A stretch of DNA of 60,539 bases, filler included, from Nemertoderma westbladi (lineage: Eukaryota > Animalia > Xenacoelomorpha): NCBI GenBank assembly GCA_032718475.1. It is 3 parts of 3 records of this genome, joined end to end, with 100 filler letters (N's around TTAATTAATTAA, not from the genome) between each part and the next. Parts side by side here need not be neighbours in the genome. Positions count along the whole stretch, not along the records: positions 1 to 30,676 come from JAUCBJ010006953.1; 2 more parts are not named here. The stretch is one strand, 5' to 3'. How positions within the stretch are numbered: position 1 is the stretch's first letter; every line of letters begins with the position of its first letter. Below the pieces are notes generated by a model that searched no databases, was not told the origin of the DNA, and saw only the letters and a list, made by a program, of their open reading frames with translations. This document shows, piece by piece, positions 12,295 through 26,000 of this stretch. Made by a program: the position numbers and the translations under genes.

Positions 12295-12564
12295 ATCTGC
12301 TATATATGAGTTTATTCATATTATAATGAGTTTATATTTAGGCGAGCGGGCGTCGCTGCCTACCCCAATCAACCCCCGGACAGTACGAGATCCTCAGCGC
12401 CGATGTGTCGTCGCCGCTGTACTTTCGCCAACGACGTAGCCGCACAACGACAACGACAACCGGCACAAGTCACTCGACTGTCCGTCCCAAAGGCTTAGAT
12501 GTACTTCAGGTTTTCCTTGGAGAGTTAGGTTACTTTTACGATTGCGACTAGCTACTGTAAACAC

Positions 12565-13578
12565 TAGAGTTGCAACAGAGACCTGTTTTTCTTAATCCCG
12601 GTAAACCAGAGACCTACCCGGAGAATTATTTTGAAAAATACCGGAGACCAGAGCCGGAGATCAGAGACTGTGCTTATTTTTGTGCTTACAATTTGATTAG
12701 TCCTCTATAGCACAAACAGGTACATATGGACTGATAACTATTTTTTATATGGTTGAATTACAGTAACTCCAACCCATGTCAACCCTTATATACCCATTGG
12801 AAGAAAATAAACGCACGTACAGTTTGGGGGGCTTAATTGATATTAATTTGGTTATTTGTTTATTAATTCGTTCTTATTTTGTTATGTTTAATTAATAATA
12901 TGTTACATAAATTTGTTTTGCGCCATAGGTACTGGTACTTTGTTAATTAAAGGCACTTATTTTACAATTGTTCAAATCATAAACATTTCATTCAATGTAC
13001 TATAAAATAAACTTAGTAAATTACGAATACAGTGCACAGGTATGGTACTCTACTCGCCCCATATGCAAGCCTCGTTACGCTCGTTCTCTTCATTTGGTCG
13101 TCATATTATCTATCCTACAACAAGTTGAATGGAGATCAGCCATTTCTTTCACTTTTAAACATTATGAGTGCTCAAATTAAGCACCTTTATCCTTAAATAA
13201 GAACACTCTTTAGGTGCTAATTTAACTTAAAATTAAACGCACCTTAAATTAATTAATGTAAATAGAATTATTATCAGTACATTTAGTTTGAGTCCAGTGT
13301 AAAAGTGAATATATAATTGTTGAAGCAGAGTATTAAAAATAGTTAAAAATTAAAGAAATTATTAATTGTAAAAAATTTGTGAAAAATAATCTTCATTTCA
13401 CATTTTGTGTTGTACAGGATCTATTTTTAAATAACTATTTCTAATTTGTAAAATCACTGATCTCTGGGTAAAATGTCAGTTTTCAATACCCGGGAACCAG
13501 AGACCTATCCAGAGACCAAAAAATTACCCGGAGAATCCAGAGATCAGAGATCAGTGACAGGTCTCTGTTTCAACTCTA
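12565..13578. mobile_element. Non-autonomous hAT element
   Basis: TIRs TAGAGTTG(C/A)AACAGAGACCTG; perfect 8-bp TSD GTAAACAC (12557-12564, 13579-13586); subterminal AGAGACC/CCGGAGA repeats. Confidence 0.9.
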
Positions 13579-13893
13579 GTAAACACACTTTAGCAGTAAC
13601 ATTCACCTATAAACTCACAAATACCACACAACTGGTCACAACTACGCACATTCGGGCCATTTGTCCGTTAGTCAATGCCTTCCAGAATGTCACTGTATTA
13701 TTATGTATCCTTGGATACTAGCAGTGCGCCATTTATTCCCTATGCTATTCAATGGGACAAGCTTTCTATTGTTCTTTTAACTCAATTCTAATTCTAGCGT
13801 GGTTGTTGCTATGGTGACATTATGTAAAGCTAGCGGTAGAATTAGGGTGATTCCAATGCATACAGATCTGGGATGTTATTTAATAGGAATTCT

Positions 13894-13958
13894 TTAAGAA
13901 TGCTGTGCCGGCTTGTCGATAAAATTGCGTCGCCACAACTCCCTATCACCCATGACAT
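13894..13958 (-). mobile_element. Short RTE 3' fragment
   Basis: Near-identical to 40135-40199. Confidence 0.75.
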
Positions 13959-13965
13959 AGCCGGT

Positions 13966-14647
13966 CTCTCTAACCTGTAGTGTTATCAAGAAAATTGGGA
14001 ATTGGGTGATTTATCCGTATTATCCAAATAGCAATATTTCCATCAACAAATAGGTACAATTAATAACTGACAGTAAATAACAGTAAAAACAATATGATTA
14101 ATGCAATTAAATTAAGTGAGCATGTTAATTAGTGATTTATTGAGTAAGTGAGTAGGTAACAGTTTATACTTTCGATAATTTAAGCAGTTTACTAGAGTTC
14201 TTCCCAAAAGGCCGGTGTTTCTGGCTTAGACAGCAATAACAACAAAGTATCAAGAAAAAACAGTAAGACTGAACACTCTCCTTATGATCGACTAAAAAGC
14301 TACACGTCGACAGGAAAAATCGCTCTGATTGGCTCAAGCCAAACAAAGAACCGTGCGTCCAATGGCTGTTTCCATGTCAGCAACCAGCTGTTAGATGTCG
14401 TAATATGAATTATCACGGCTAAGCTGTGAAAGGTAGTTGGTGCATTGCAGGTTTTTTGCCTTACCATGTCCACTAAAACACGTATATAGCAGAATTACTT
14501 TTATGTCCGTTAAAACACCTGTAAAGGTACCTTGCGGGCGAGGGGAATATATATACAGTCCGAGAACCCTTTTAGAGTATTCCAGCGCCTGGGGGGGAAC
14601 TGGCCAGCAAAGGCAAACGTATCAGTTATCCCACAAAAGCTTTTACA
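13966..14647 (-). mobile_element. LTR-like repeat, copy 2
   Basis: Shared blocks with 10030-10696 (aactgacagtaaata, cgctctgattgg, cttttatgtccg.taaaacacc, caaaagcttttaca); abuts the 40-bp satellite. Confidence 0.5.
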
Positions 14648-17143
14648 GCTCCCTAACTAACATGTTGGGGGTGAACGCCAGCTAACTGCTTCCTAACTAA
14701 CACGTTAGGGGTGAACGCCAGCTAACTGCTTCCTAACTAACACGTTAGGGGTGAACGCCAGCTAACTGCTTCCTAACTAACACGTTGGGGGTGAACGCCT
14801 GCTAACTGCTTCCTAACTAACACGTTAGGGGTGAACGCCAGCTAACTGCTTCCTAACTAACACGTTATGGGTGAACGCCAGCTAACTGCTTCCTAACTAA
14901 CACGTTGGGGGTGAACGCCAGCTAACTGTTTCCTAACTAACACGTTAGGGGTGAACGCCAGCTAACTGCTCCCTAACTAACACGTTGGGGGTGAACGACT
15001 GCTAACTGCTTCCTAACTAACACGTTATGGGTGAACGCCAGCTAACTGCCCCCTAACTAACACGTTGGGGGTGAACGCCTGCTAACTGCTTCCTAACTAA
15101 CACGTTAGGGGTGAACGCCAGATAACTGCTTCCTAACTAACACGTTGGGGGTGAACGCCAGCTAACTGCTTCCTAACTAACACGTTAGGGGTGAACGCCA
15201 GCTAAATGCTTCCTAACTAACACGTTAGGGGTGAACGCCAGCTAACTGCTTCCTAACTAACACGTTAGGGGTAAACGCCAGCTAACTGCTTCTTAACTAA
15301 CACGTTAGGGGTGAACGCCAGCTAACTGCTTCCTAACTAACACGTTAGGGGTGAACGCCAGCTAACTGCTCCCTAACTAACACGTTGGGGGTGAACGCCT
15401 GCTAACTGCTTCCTAACTAACACGTTAGGGGTGAACGCCAGCTAACTGCTCCTTAACTAACACGATGGGGGTGAACGCCAGCTAACTGCTCCCTAACTAA
15501 CACGTTGGGGGTGAACGCCAGCTAACTGCTTCCTAACTAACACGTTAGGGGTGAACGCCAGCTAACTGCTTCCTAACTAACACGTTATGGGTGAACGCCA
15601 GCTAACTGCTCCTTAACTAACACGTTAGGGGTGAACGCCAGCTAACTGCTTCCTAACTAACACGTTAGGGGTGAACGCCAGCTAACTGCTTCCTAACTAA
15701 CACGTTAGGGGTGAACGCCAGCTAACTGCTTCCTAACTAACACGTTAGGGGTGAACGCCTGCTAACTGCTTCCTAACTAACACGTTAGGGGTGAACGCCA
15801 GCTAACTGCTTCCTAACTAACACGTTGGGGGTGAACGCCAGCTAACTGCTTCCTAACTAACACGTTAGGGGTGAACGCCAGCTAACTGCTTCCTAACTAA
15901 CACGTTAGGGGTGAACGCCAGCTAACTGCTTCCTAACTAACACGTTGGGGGTGAACGCCAGCTAACTGCTTCCTAACTAACACGTTAGGGGTGAACGCCA
16001 GCTAACTGCTTCCTAACTAACACGTTAGGGGTGAACGCCAGCTAACTGCTTCCTAACTAACACGTTGGGGGTGAACGCCAGCTAACTGCTTCCTAACTAA
16101 CATGTTAGGGGTGAACGCCTGCTAACTGCTTCCTAACTAACACGTTAGGGGTGAACGCCAGCTAACTGCTTCCTAACTAACACGTTAGGGGTGAACGCCA
16201 GCTAACTGCTTCCTAACTAACACGTTGGGGGTGAACGCCTGCTAACTGCTTCCTAACTAACACGTTGGGGGTGAACGCCTGCTAACTGCTTCCTAACTAA
16301 CACGTTAGGGGTGAACGCCAGCTAACTGCTTCCTAACTAACACGTTAGGGGTGAACGCCTGCTAACTGCTTCCTAACTAACACGTTAGGGGTGAACGCCA
16401 GCTAACTGCTTCCTAACTAACACGTTAGGGGTGAACGCAGGCTAACTGCTTCCTAACTAACACGTTAGGGGTGAACGCCAGCTAACTGCTTCCTAACTAA
16501 CACGTTAGGGGTGAACGCCTGCTAACTGCTTCCTAACTAACACGTTAGGGGTGAACGCCAGCTAACTGCTTCCTAACTAACACGTTGGGGGTGAACGCCA
16601 GCTAACTGCTTCCTAACTAACACGTTAGGGGTGAACGCCAGCTAACTGCTTCCTAACTAACACGTTAGGGGTGAACGCCAGCTAACTGCTTCCTAACTAA
16701 CACGTTGGGGGTGAACGCCAGCTAACTGCTTCCTAACTAACACGTTAGGGGTGAACGCCAGCTAACTGCTTCCTAACTAACACGTTAGGGGTGAACGCCA
16801 GCTAACTGCTTCCTAACTAACACGTTGGGGGTGAACGCCAGCTAACTGCTTCCTAACTAACATGTTAGGGGTGAACGCCTGCTAACTGCTTCCTAACTAA
16901 CACGTTAGGGGTGAACGCCAGCTAACTGCTTCCTAACTAACACGTTAGGGGTGAACGCCAGCTAACTGCTTCCTAACTAACACGTTGGGGGTGAACGCCT
17001 GCTAACTGCTTCCTAACTAACACGTTAGGGGTGAACGCCAGCTAACTGCTTCCTAACTAACACTTTGGGGGTGAACGCCTGCTAACTGCTTCCTAACTAA
17101 CACGTTAGGGGTGAACGCCAGCTAACTGCTTCCTAACTAACAC
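14648..17143. repeat. 40-bp satellite, ~62 copies
   Basis: Unit CTAACTAACACGTTAGGGGTGAACGCCAGCTAACTGCTTC. Confidence 0.98.
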
Positions 17144-17459
17144 ATTTCAGATAATTACTAAAATTAATTTCTCTGCAATTTAATTACCCAATTTGAAACA
17201 CTTTGATTTCTTGAGAAAATAAAATACTCCAGCATAGTTAGATTGTTCAGGTTAGTAAAGGAGCAACGGTGAGTGTTGATAGATGGGTGGTAACCGAAAC
17301 AAATTACAAATTTTAGAAGAATGGTAAGTGTAGTTAATGTGGAACAAGTAATGCACTGATTGAAACTGGTGGCGGTTAGATTCAGAACCAAAGTCATTCC
17401 GATATTATTGAAACACTTAAAATGCGAATCGACCCTCACACGCAATGTGAGTCGTGCGA

Positions 17460-18151
17460 GGTAGACACATTAATATGTAGTGCTAGTCTAGAGACAGCGA
17501 GACACATTAAAATCTAGTGCTAGTCTAGAGACAGGTAGACACATTAATATCTAGTGAGAGTCTAGAGACAGGGAGACAACATTAATATCAGTGCTAGTCT
17601 GGAGACAACATTTATATCTAGTGCTAGTCTAGAGACAGGGAGACACATTAATATCTAGTGCTAGTCTAGAGGCAGGGAGACAACATTAATATCTAGTGCT
17701 AGTCTAGAGACAAGGAGACAACATTAATATCTAGTGCTAGTCTAGAGACAGAGAGACAACATTAATATCTGGTGCTAGTCTAGAGACAACATTTATATCT
17801 AGTGCTAGTCTAGAGACAGGGAGACAACATTAATATCTAGTGCTAGTCTAGAGACAGGGAGACAACATTAATATCTAGTGCTAGTCTAGAGACAGGGAGA
17901 CAACATTAATATATGGTGCTAGTCTAGAGAAAGGGAGACACATTAATATCTAGTGCTAGTCTAAAGACAGGGAGACAACATTAATATCTAGTGCTAGTCT
18001 AGAGACAGGGAGACAACATTAATATCTAGTGCTAGTCTAGAGACTGGGAGACAACATTTATATCTAGTGCTAGTCTAGAGACAGGGAAACAACATTAATA
18101 TCTAGTGAGAGTCTAGAGACAAGGAGACAACATTAATATCTAGTGCTAGTC
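17460..18151. repeat. ~37-38-bp tandem repeat, ~19 copies
   Basis: Unit GAGACAACATTAATATCTAGTGCTAGTCTAGAGACAGG with length variants. Confidence 0.95.
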
Positions 18152-19288
18152 TCAATGTTACATATTCAAATAACGGAAATGAGCACGAGCAGGTTACAGT
18201 TTTATTTTTGCGAGAAATCGGCTGTTATTAGGGTCGATTTCTCCAGGGAAAGGTTGAATTTGGATTGCGTCGAAAGCACCCCCTCCACTACCCACCCCAT
18301 CCAGGTTAAAATGCTTATTGATGAAGCAGAAAAAGAAAATCAACCTGTAGGCCCTATGTAGTGCAGTGCAGATAATAATAAATTTTAAATATAATGTTTT
18401 GAAGAAACATGATATATTTTCAAACATACTTAGTCTTATAAAGAAATAATGATATACTAACTATGCAGTATGCACCACAAAATTACATATGCATGCATGC
18501 ACCATGACAAAGTCTTACAAACTGAAATACAATAATATCGTAGCACCACCTCCACCTATATATTTATATTTATTTGTTATAAAAGAAACACGGTTAAATG
18601 TTACAAGTAGCAGCCACAACTAAAGATACTCTAACGACGCAACTTGCGACTATTGAGAAATGCAAATCGTAGGCCTAAATGGCTGACAGGGCTGATCCCC
18701 AGCATCTGAGATAAAATACATCCTGCAGTTTATGTAGGATGTTTATAACTTACATTTTAAAAATGTATATATCTTGTGGATATTTCTCTATCTGTTTATT
18801 AGTAAAGGGGCTGAAATAAAACATATGAACTTAGAATAAAACACCTATGAAGTTTGTGATTGTCATCAATAATCACTAATGTCGAGCTGACATTATTGGG
18901 TATTTTTATACATTTAGTATAAAGAAAATCGTCCAAGTTTACAGTTTAGTCAGGCTATTAAATGCTTCCGCATATTTTAGTAACAAATTGACAGCCGAAA
19001 TAAATATATTTTAAATTTATCCCATTATTACACGTTAACAATATATCATAAGAATTCGTCATCTTACGGCGCACTTTTATGACAATAGTAATTTCAGTTA
19101 GGCGTAGATGGAACATATGTTGGCGATGATTATGTAAAGTTTGGTTTTATTGCAAGTATCTGGCTGGAATTTTATGAAAAACACACAAAATTTACGAGAA
19201 TCGAAAGACCCTGTTCTATTTGTGGAATAAAATTACAAGGAATTGAAATAATAATTTTTAAAAACTTCCAGGAACACACCTTTAGATC

Positions 19289-21429
19289 ATAACCCTAAAT
19301 AATACGTAAATACGAAGAATAACCCTAAATATCACGTAAATACGAAGAATAACCCTAAATAATACGTAAATACGAAGAATAACCCTAAATATTACGTAAA
19401 TACGAGGAATAACCCTAAATATTACGTAAATACGAAGAATAACCCTAAATATTACGTAAATACGAAGAATAACCCTAAATATTACGTAAATACGAAGAAT
19501 AACCCTAAATATTACGTAAATACGAAGAATAACCCTAAATATTACGTAAATACGAAGAATAACCCTAAATATTACGTAAATGCGAAGAATAACCCTAAAT
19601 ATTACGTAAATGCGAAGAATAACCCTAAATATTACGTAAATACGAAGAATAACCCTAAATATTACGTAAATGCGAAGAATAACCCTAAATATTACGTAAA
19701 TACGAAGAATAACCCTAAATATTACGTAAATACGAAGAATAACCCTAAATATTACGTAAATGCGAAGAATAACCCTAAATATTACGTAAATGCGAAGAAT
19801 AACCCTAAATATTACGTAAATACGAAGAATAACCCTAAATATTACGTAAATGCGAAGAATAACCCTAAATATTACGTAAATACGAAGAATAACCCTAAAT
19901 ATTACGTAAATGCGAAGAATAACCCTAAATATTACGTAAATACGAAGAATAACCCTAAATATTACGTAAATACGAAGAATAACCCTAAATATTACGTAAA
20001 TACGAAGAATAACCCTAATATTACGTAAATACGAAGAATAACCCTAAATATTACGTAAATGCGAAGAATAACCCTAAATATTACGTAAATGCGAAGAATA
20101 ACCCTAAATATTACGTAAATACGAAGAATAACCCTAAATATTACGTAAATACGAAGAATAACCCTAAATATTACGTAAATACGAAGAATAACCCTAAATA
20201 TTACGTAAATACGAAGAATAACCCAAAATATTACGTAAATACGAAGAATAACCCTAAATATTACGTAAATACGAAGAATAACCCTAAATATTACGTAAAT
20301 GCGAAGAATAACCCTAAATATTACGTAAATACGAAGAATAACCCTAAATATCACGTAAATACGAAGAATAACCCTAAATAATACGTAAATACGAAGAATA
20401 ACCCTAAATATCACGTAAATACGAAGAATAACCCTAAATATTACGTAAATGCGAAGAATAACCCTAAATATTACGTAAATACGAAGAATAACCCTAAATA
20501 TCACGTAAATACGAAGAATAACCCTAAATATTACGTAAATACGAAGAATAACCCAAAATATTACGTAAATACGAAGAATAACCCTAAATATTACGTAAAT
20601 ACGAAGAATAACCCTAAATATTACGTAAATGCGAAGAATAACCCAAAATATTACGTAAATACGAAGAATAACCCTAAATATTACGTAAATACGAAGAATA
20701 ACCCTAAATATCACGTAAATGCGAAGAATAACCCTAAATATTACGTAAATACGAAGAATAACCCTAAATATTACGTAAATGCGAAGAATAACCCTAAATA
20801 TTACGTAAATACGAAGAATAACCCTAAATATTACGTAAATACGAAGAATAACACTAAATATTACGTAAATACGAAGAATAACCCAAAATATTACGTAAAT
20901 ACGAAGAATAACCCTAAATATTACGTAAATACGAAGAATAACCCTAAATATTACGTAAATACGAAGAATAACCCTAAATATTACGTAAATGCGAAGAATA
21001 ACCCTAAATATTACGTAAATACTAAGAATAACCCTAAATATTACGTAAATGCGAAGAATAACCCTAAATATTACGTAAATGCGAAGAATAACCCTAAATA
21101 TTACATAAATACGAAGAATAACCCCAAATATTACGTAAATGCGAAGAATAACCCTAAATATTACATAAATACGAAGAATAACCCTAAATATTACGTAAAT
21201 ACGAAGAATAAACCTAAATATTACGTAAATGCGAAGAATAACCCTAAATATTACGTAAATACGAAGAATAACCCTAAATATTACGTAAATACGAAGAATA
21301 ACCCTAAATATTACGTAAATGCGAAGAATAACCCTAAATATTACATAAATACGAAGAATAACCCTAAATATTACGTAAATACGAAGAATAACCCTAAATA
21401 ATACGTAAATACGAAGAATAACCCTAAAT
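19289..21429. repeat. 30-bp satellite, ~71 copies
   Basis: Unit AACCCTAAATATTACGTAAATACGAAGAAT. Confidence 0.98.
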
Positions 21430-21739
21430 CGTTAACTTTCATGGATCGTCAAATGCAATATCTGACGGACTATAATAAAACAACAGAGAAAGAAGACCTA
21501 ATTGACGTAAATTTATGGATCACTTAATATTAAAACACTTGTGACAATTTCAAAACCATCCCGCACGTCAATACGACTTATTAAACAATTATTTCTGAAA
21601 GCCAATTTATTAAAATCCGTATGAGATAAAATTTAGGGTTTGGCAGGGATTTATATATATTTATTACAATCCTAAACACGTTATAAAATTACTGGAAGGA
21701 ATGAGGCCTAAGCTGGGTTCTGAGCACCATGTTTCTGAG

Positions 21740-22779
21740 CCAAATGTACTAAATAACAGATCATGGAGCGAGCGGATTCCTGAAATTAGCGGAGGCCGAT
21801 CTTTTCCCTATTTATGGCACTTTTTTCATAGTATTTCCTTGGAAACTTCTTTATGCTACTTTGGTTAGGTGGATTATGATGACTAGGGTTCATAGAAATG
21901 TAATAAAATATGTTTCTGGAATTTTTAAATCGTTGTTGTCAAGGTAACCGGGTAGAAAGTTCAAACTTTGTGCGCCTGTAATTCAAGACAATGGGGGATT
22001 CTGTTCTTGATATTTTGCTGGTGAGTAAAGGAAGTAAAAGTCTATCAAAATATTTGAAAGGTATATTTTTTTCCATGGTGATGGGTGTAACGATAATTTC
22101 ACATTATGACCTATGGCTAGAAATTGGGCTACTATTTACTATTTATAATTTTCAACTGACGTGCTTGTCTTTTTTTCTAATAATTGCAAACCAAAATTTA
22201 ATATTCTGGAATCTAAAAATCATGCTATCACAGGTCTTGCTCTCTGATTGGACAGTTTTGTTTGTTGGCACTTTATGATCTGTACAAACAAGATTCACAA
22301 TTGACGATTAATAAAATATGGTGTTTTATAGAATTGGTTGACAATTATTCAAATTTTTCATTATACTTATTACCATGGCAATTGGATTGAAAAAATATTT
22401 AAATGTAAAATACATTTAATAACAAACATTTTAACATTTTTACATTGAAATTTTTTAACATTTAAACATTTTTGATAGACTTTTACTTCCTTTACTCACC
22501 TGCCAAATCTCAAAATCAGAATCCCCCATTGTCTTGAATTACAGGCGCGCAAAGTTTTAACTTTGTACCCGGTTACCTTGACAACAACGATATAAAAATT
22601 CCAGAAACATATTTTATTACATTTCTATGAACCCTAGTCATATCCACCTCAGAAAAGTAGCTTATAAGAAGTTTCTAAGGAAATATTATGAAAATAGTGC
22701 CTTTAACTAGAGAAAAGATCGGTCCACGCTAATTTCAGGAATCCGCTCGCTGCATGACCTGTTATTTAGTACACGTTGG
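21740..22779. mobile_element. Long-TIR (foldback) non-autonomous DNA transposon
   Basis: ~320-bp inverted arms (21740-22056 vs 22464-22779); flanking direct repeat TTCTGAG (21733-21739, 22780-22786). Confidence 0.85.
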
Positions 22780-23055
22780 TTCTGAGCACGATGCTTATTA
22801 ACAACTGTTATAAATTAAGAATTAAAAGAGAGCGACATCTATGCGGCTTGTGATATATATAGATATAACTTAGGGAATCTAACTCTATAGCAATACTAAT
22901 CTACTTATAAAACGATAGCGATATATACCTGTACTCCATGCACAAAGAAACTGCGAATCTACAATCAAATCAATATACAAGGTTTATAATTAAACTTTAT
23001 TATTTACATATTTGAAAGGAAAATAAGCTAAATATATGGGGGTAGTTTTAAGTCT

Positions 23056-26000
23056 TTAATGATGTCCGCGTGATCTTTTGTGCGACTTAAAGTGTTTTTT
23101 AAATAGTTTTTGTTCATTAATTCGATTATTCATTCGGTCAACGAATCGTCGGGCCCCCCGTTTGTGGCAACCAATCACGTCGCGCCACGAAGACTTTGCC
23201 AAACAACGGGTTACCGCGTCGACCACTCTGTAGGTCTCCCGGTTAAGTCGGGCCCCGGTACGGTACGCCGTGTCAACCGTTGCCGAGACGACGGGTTGAA
23301 CTCTATCGTTTAACTTTTTTGCTTCCTCGGTTACCCGGATGCTCGCCGCCTCCAGCCGCGAACCCAGCCCTTCCCGGAGTCGCGCTACTTTAGCGGTTGC
23401 AGAAACCGCGGAGCTGCGAGCGAAATTCTCCATTCCCTCTATCGGTTCCCGGAGTCTATCCCTAACAGAATCCAGGAGACGCCATCCCGATCGCTTCCCC
23501 AACTCCATCCACTGGCTCATAGAAGGCGTTTCCTCCTCTTCCATGTAGCCGTACTCATCTACATCGTCTTCAGTAACCATTTCATCATTAGCTCCGCGGT
23601 TCCAGTTGGGTTTTCCTTTTAGGAATTCATCAGAGGCAGAATCTCCATCTCCACGGTATTTATTACCAGCTTTTTCAGATTCTATGTAATTATCGGAGAC
23701 ATAATCTCCATCAGCGATTTCATCGTTTGGTTTGCGGTTTTTTAGTAACTTGTCATCGACGGATCGGGTTTCATCACGTCGAGGTCTTCCAGTAACTTTC
23801 ACTCGATCCTCAAAATGAAGAGATATGATTTGGGATTTGTCTGGAATTCTGCCTGGCTTGTGAGTCCAATGGACGTGCCAATAATTGTTTGACGTCTGTA
23901 AAGCCGTGTTACGTACACCAACTCTGCTGTCCCGCTTAAAGTAGTCGCTAGGCAACAAAGAGTCGCTAGGTTTCGGATTAAGAGGAAAATTGAACTTTTC
24001 CTTGAAACTCTCCCTTGAAACTTTGAAACTTTCTCTTTCATTCCCGACGGTGTCATCAATGACATCATCACCATCATTGTCGAGGTCGTCGTCGTCGTCG
24101 TCGATGTCCCTGAAGCGCCATTTGGAATCCAACCCGAGATCCCGAAGCATTGCGTCACATTCTTTGCCAAATTCGTTTAAAACAATAAACATTTTAGTAG
24201 ACAAATCCTTAGTAACTCTCTCACCGGACACAAGAAAATCCGATAATTTATCCCAAACTTTTTCCTTCTGGAATGAGGGGTCCGTAAAACCTCCCGAATT
24301 CAAAGTGTATATCCAGGTCTCCAGCACATCAAATTTGGAATCGAAAGAACGCTTCAATGAATCGAATATATTAAATAGAACGGATTCCAAATCATTAATA
24401 CCCGAGGATAACTTGTCAGATAAGATATTTAGATGGGAGGAAAATAACGCTGTTATATCATCCCGTAATGAATTGGAATTGATTAATTTCACAATGCGAT
24501 GTCTGATTTGGTTATATAATTCGGGAGATTGCGGCCGTTCAAGGATTCGCACAATTATAAAGTCGAATAAGTGACTATCTCTCTCCTCTTCAACTGAGCC
24601 GTAGTACTCCGCAATCGCCTCATCGAGAATATCAAATACCACCTTCAACTCCATTCTATCCTTGTCATCCAATCGAGACCAAAGCCGATCCCGCGTTTCG
24701 CGCACCGCTTCAACCAATTCCCCGCCCCCATCGTTGGCGTCCGATTTGTCGGTATTCGGTACAGATTGTTCCGACTCGTCGATGTCAGCATTTCCAACCG
24801 ACACATTCTCAAAGCGCAGACTACACATCCTCTCCACTGTTTCCGCAGGAACAAACTCAAGCAGCGGGTGTCCTTTATCCGCCGCCGGAATAGCAAGAAA
24901 CCCGGGACCATTGAGAGATTTCGCAGCGCTTTCTAATCGAAACAAATGATTTGTTGCCTCTTGACACGCTTCCTTGTTGCTAAGGAACGTAACTTCCCGA
25001 TTACTTCTACTAACACGTCTCTCTGGCGTTCCCTCTGGCGTCCCCCCTGGTGTTCTCTCTCGCTTAACCGCTCCTGCTCTCATTGCCTCCTCTATAAGAT
25101 TGATTAACTGGTTTCTCGAACCAACCATACTCTTATAGTCTGCAGATATGGAGTAATCATTGGTTTTTACGCACGAATACCCCCGATGGACTTCTATGAG
25201 TCCCGTTGGTTGCCCACTGAGTAGTTTATTTTCTCGAATTGTTAAAGGTCCAGTAGTGGTTATCATCGCATCGTGGACTCTCGGTAGACGAAACACCTGA
25301 GAATCGACGTGATATGGAGGGCCGACTACCAGGTGTTTAATCTTTAAGTCACCCGTAACGATAGATTCAACGTCTACAGGAGGGAAGTCTAGAGCAGACT
25401 CGGTATTAACCTGTTCAATGTCTACGGGAGGGAGGTCTAGAGCAGACTCGGTATTAACAGGTTCAATGTCTACGGGAGGGAGGTCTAGAGCAGACTCGGT
25501 ATTAACCTGTTCAATGTCTACGGGAGGGAGGTCTAGAGCAGACTCGGTATTAACAGGTTCAATGTCTACGGGAGGGAGGTCTAGAGCAGACTCGGTATTA
25601 ACAGGTTCAATGTCTACGGGAGGGAGGTCTAGAGCAGACTCGGTATTAACAGGTTCAATGTCTACGGGAGGGAGGTCTAGAGCAGACTCGGTATTAACAG
25701 GTTCAATGTCTACGGGAGGGAGGTCTAGAGCAGACTCGGTATTAACAGGTTCAATGTCTACGGGAGGGAGGTCTAGAGCAGACTCGGTATTAACAGGTTC
25801 AATGTCTACGGGAGGGAGGTCTAGAGCAGACTCGGTATTAACAGGTTCAATGTCTACGGGAGGGAGGTCTAGAGCAGACTCGGTATTAACAGGTTCAATG
25901 TCTACGGGAGGGAGGTCTAGAGCAGACTCGGTATTAACAGGTTCAATGTCTACGGGAGGGAGGTCTAGAGCAGACTCGGTATTAACAGGTTCAATGTCTA

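Noticed and set aside
10030-14647. A single intact LTR element bounded by the two repeats
   Set aside because: The repeats look too diverged for a pair enclosing intact ORFs, no TSD was found and the left boundaries are unclear; left unresolved.
14648-17143. 30-43-bp arrays as CRISPR loci
   Set aside because: Head-to-tail units with no unique spacers, no cas genes, eukaryotic context.
17164-17445. Decayed LINE zinc-finger end (CITCS...)
   Set aside because: Similarity too weak to support by eye.
19992-20714. 240-aa VIFRVILRIY ORF
   Set aside because: Translation of the 30-bp satellite.
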